A stretch of 64,000 nucleotides of DNA. It comes from Candidatus Magasanikbacteria bacterium CG10_big_fil_rev_8_21_14_0_10_36_32 (GTDB taxonomy: Bacteria; Patescibacteriota; Patescibacteriia; Magasanikbacterales; GWA2-37-8). The DNA is taken from NCBI GenBank assembly GCA_002778465.1, contig PFBV01000003.1, positions 87,736-151,735 of the forward strand, given 5' to 3'. Positions within the stretch are counted from its first letter, which is position 1; each line of letters begins with the position of its first letter. Under the pieces are notes generated by a model, which saw only the letters and a list, made by a program, of their open reading frames with translations, was not told where the DNA came from and made no database searches. The position numbers and the translations under genes are program-made. Below are positions 61,273-64,000 of the stretch, one piece after another.

Positions 61273-61941
61273 ATGCTCTCTTACAAAAAAAAATTATATT
61301 TTGTATTGGCTTTAATAATATTATTTTTAATGGTTTTGATTTTTAAACAAATTTCCACCGCATATAAAATTTCCGTTTCACCGGCCAATAAAAATTTAAT
61401 TGACAATAAAATGACCGAGATTCCCTCAGACTTAAACGATCCTCTGTTTGGTAATCAAGGAGCGGCAATTACCATTGTAGAATTTGTTGATTTAAATTCA
61501 AAAGACAGTCGAGAAATTCATCGCCAAATAAAAAATTTCGTAGCTAATTATCCAACAAAAATTCGTCTTATATGGAAAGATTTACCGGAACCAAACATGT
61601 TTAATTCCAAAGCATCAATTTCTCACCAGGCCGCTTGGTGTGTTTACAAACAAGACAAAAATAAATTTTGGACATTTACTGATGCGATGCTTGATAAAAA
61701 ATCAATCAATGACACCAATGTCTTAAAAAATTTAATTGATGAATTAAAAATTAACAATACTTCTTGGCAACAATGCCTCGATTCCACTGAAGCTAAAACC
61801 AAAGTAGAAACTTCTTTATCATTAGGAAATTCTTTGGGAATTTTCTCCGCGCCGGCGATGTTTATTAATAATAAAAAAATAAACTACTTAGATGAAATAA
61901 ATATGGTTGATTTCTTAAATGAAATTATTAAAGAATACTAA
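61273..61941 (+). CDS. DsbA-like thioredoxin-fold protein lacking the CxxC motif
   Basis: DPLFGNQGAAITIVEFVDLNSKDS (SxxS), WKDLP, APAMFIN. Confidence 0.8.
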   Translation: MLSYKKKLYFVLALIILFLMVLIFKQISTAYKISVSPANKNLIDNKMTEIPSDLNDPLFGNQGAAITIVEFVDLNSKDSREIHRQIKNFVANYPTKIRLIWKDLPEPNMFNSKASISHQAAWCVYKQDKNKFWTFTDAMLDKKSINDTNVLKNLIDELKINNTSWQQCLDSTEAKTKVETSLSLGNSLGIFSAPAMFINNKKINYLDEINMVDFLNEIIKEY

Positions 61942-61949
61942 ATTTCAAT

Positions 61950-63233
61950 ATGATTCGGTTTAAAAAAATTTTAATTATCTCTCTAGTTGGTTATCTTCTG
62001 TTTCCGGCAATAGCAATGGCGGCAAGTTGTTGTGTGTGTGTTCAACAATCAGCCGATTTGGGTGCGGGAGGTTTTAATTATGATTGGGAATCGGGGCAAG
62101 TTTTTACAGATATCACTGATGATATTGACAGTAAGTGCAGTGAAACAAAACGAGATGCTGTTATGTTTGGGGGGCTTACTCCTTTTATCTGCGCCATTAA
62201 AGACAATACGCGCTGTTCCCCGGCGGCCGTCACCACAAAACTGGAAGAAGATTTTAAATTTTCTGATGTTGTTTTGGGTATTAAAATTCCAAATTTATCC
62301 TTTAGTGCTCCGCCAACAGAAATAGATTCTGAAGGAAATATCTATATTCCTTGGATTGGTGAATATATTAAAGCTTTATATAATTTCGCTTTAATTGCCA
62401 TCAGTGTAATAGCAGTGGTAGTATTAATTATTCAAGGAGTACGAATAATAATTTCCGCCGGCGGTCCGGAAAAATCCGCCGCTTATAAAGGTATTGCCGG
62501 AGCAGTAATCGGACTTTTTATTGCGTGGGGTTCATATGTAATTCTTTATTCAATTGACCCGAATTTAACTCAATTTAAATCTTTAAAAATAAAGTTTATT
62601 GAAACAGAATATTTGGAAGAGCCGGCTGATGATATTGAACAAACTACAACCGTTCTTTCATCTCAAATTATTAAAAAAGCCGATAAAACTGGCCGTAATG
62701 ATTGTCTAAAAGAAATATTACTTGAGACAGCCAGTATTTCTTTAAAGAAAAATTTTCCAGATTTAATAGGTAAATCTCCAAATCATCCAAAACCTCAAGG
62801 AGCACGTAGTGTCACAATTAATAAACTAATGTACAATGATTTAATGGCTGTTTTGTCTGAAATTCTACAATCAACCGACTATAAAATAAAAGCTATCGGC
62901 GGCATTCGAGGAACAAGTGGGGTTTGTAATTCTAATAATTTGCATCTTTGCGGATTAGCAGTAGATATTAATCCTGGTGATAATCCTGATTGTCCAGCTT
63001 ACATCAAAAAAAATGACAGGCAAGTTGGACAATTTTGGGATGTAGCTGGTGATCACAAGATTACTCAAACAGAATGGGACTTGTGTAATAAAGGAGGACA
63101 AGTAACTAATATCCCGCAAAAAGTTATTGACATCTTTGAAAAACACGGATTTTACTGGGGCGGTTATGGTTGGGGTAATCCTAATCGTTCAGATGCCATG
63201 CATTTCGAATATCATAAATATTGCTACGAATAA
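61950..63233 (+). CDS. Pilin-like (VirB2/TrbC) domain fused to an M15 peptidoglycan peptidase
   Basis: Signal peptide, Cys-rich N-terminus, GEYIKALYNF...SAGG...GAVIGL...IDPNL; C-terminal NLHLCGLAVDIN...FEKHGFYWGG...DAMHFE. Confidence 0.8.
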   Translation: MIRFKKILIISLVGYLLFPAIAMAASCCVCVQQSADLGAGGFNYDWESGQVFTDITDDIDSKCSETKRDAVMFGGLTPFICAIKDNTRCSPAAVTTKLEEDFKFSDVVLGIKIPNLSFSAPPTEIDSEGNIYIPWIGEYIKALYNFALIAISVIAVVVLIIQGVRIIISAGGPEKSAAYKGIAGAVIGLFIAWGSYVILYSIDPNLTQFKSLKIKFIETEYLEEPADDIEQTTTVLSSQIIKKADKTGRNDCLKEILLETASISLKKNFPDLIGKSPNHPKPQGARSVTINKLMYNDLMAVLSEILQSTDYKIKAIGGIRGTSGVCNSNNLHLCGLAVDINPGDNPDCPAYIKKNDRQVGQFWDVAGDHKITQTEWDLCNKGGQVTNIPQKVIDIFEKHGFYWGGYGWGNPNRSDAMHFEYHKYCYE

Positions 63234-63247
63234 CCAATTGAGCTATA

Positions 63248-63282
63248 ATCACTTTACCCCGCTTTAAGCGGGGTAAAGTGAT
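63248..63282. terminator. Long inverted repeat; probable terminator
   Basis: ATCACTTTACCCCGCTT-T-AAGCGGGGTAAAGTGAT. Confidence 0.7.
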
Positions 63283-63288
63283 ATTATT

Positions 63289-64000
63289 ATGAAAAATAAT
63301 CAAATATTTTCTTGTTCCAACTGCGGCGCGCAATTCCAGAAATGGGTTGGGCGATGTTTAGAATGTGGAAAATGGGGAACAATTGATGATAAACCTCAAA
63401 TCCAAATAACTAAAAAACAAAATAATACAGAAAATTATGCTCTAACTTCATTATCTACTTTGTCGTCTATAAAAAGTGAAAATGCGGCTAGAATTAAAAC
63501 CAATGTTAATGAATTGGACCGCGTCTTGGGCGGTGGATTCGTGCCAGGCAGTTTAATACTGCTCGGTGGTGAACCGGGAATCGGCAAATCAACTCTGGCT
63601 CTGCAGTTAAGTTCAATTTTTGCCCACACACTTTATCTTTCAGGTGAAGAATCAATTGAACAAATTAAAATTCGATCTGAACGTTTAAAAATTAATTCCC
63701 CCACTCTGCAAATAGGTAATGAAACTAATGTAGAAAAAATTGTTGCCACTATTAGAAAAATAAAACCGCCGATGGCAATTGTTGATTCGATTCAAACAAT
63801 TTCCTCTAACGAAGCCGAGGGTGAAGCTGGAAATATAACTCAGGTTCGCGCTTGCACAGTAAAACTGATGGAAGCAGCTAAAACAACTGGCACCACCATC
63901 ATTTTGGTTGGACAAGTAACAAAAGAGGGATCAGTGGCAGGACCTAAAAGTTTAGAACATTTAGTTGATATGGTACTCTATTTAGAAGGTGATCGTTTTC
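63289..64000 (+). CDS. radA: DNA repair protein RadA/Sms (runs off the window end)
   Basis: Manual translation: MKNNQIFSCSNCGAQFQKWVGRCLECGKWGT...ELDRVLGGGFVPGSLILLGGEPGIGKSTL...VDSIQT...GQVTKEGSVAGPKSLEHLVD. Confidence 0.96.
   Translation, partial: MKNNQIFSCSNCGAQFQKWVGRCLECGKWGTIDDKPQIQITKKQNNTENYALTSLSTLSSIKSENAARIKTNVNELDRVLGGGFVPGSLILLGGEPGIGKSTLALQLSSIFAHTLYLSGEESIEQIKIRSERLKINSPTLQIGNETNVEKIVATIRKIKPPMAIVDSIQTISSNEAEGEAGNITQVRACTVKLMEAAKTTGTTIILVGQVTKEGSVAGPKSLEHLVDMVLYLEGDRF

Noticed and set aside
1-64000. CRISPR array, integrase, transposase or prophage
   Set aside because: No regularly spaced repeats and no recombinase, transposase or clear phage genes were found

Overview
AT-rich bacterial chromosomal window using genetic code 11 (TGA is a stop, e.g. 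thrS). The gene content and style (VirB2/TrbC-like pilin fusions, DUF4012, orphan PilB, mostly SD-less housekeeping genes) suggest Patescibacteria/CPR; this assignment is inference. The backbone is housekeeping: uvrA (partial), secG, rnj, rnpB, miaA/miaB, thrS with a T-box leader, ftsH, rpsA, gyrA, tsaD, mutM, dnaE, pheST, rseP, lemA/htpX, pgm, clpC-like, radA (partial), two tRNAs and a glycosyltransferase cluster. The main observation is six self-contained accessory cassettes inserted between housekeeping genes. They carry unrelated cargo but share one layout: sigma70 promoter (three with a TGAC-N6-GTCA palindrome over -35), boxA-like GTTCTTT(T/G)AA (in five of six), strong Shine-Dalgarno with an A-rich spacer, cargo gene, a second boxA-like motif, then an intrinsic terminator. 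The housekeeping genes I inspected show neither the SD nor the 3' boxA. One cassette is GC-rich and encodes an outer-membrane-type beta-barrel plus a metzincin lipoprotein. Also notable: two DsbA + pilin-fusion gene pairs with different C-terminal cargo (Cys-rich repeats; M15 peptidase) and a miniature T-box riboswitch. No CRISPR array, integrase or transposase was seen.
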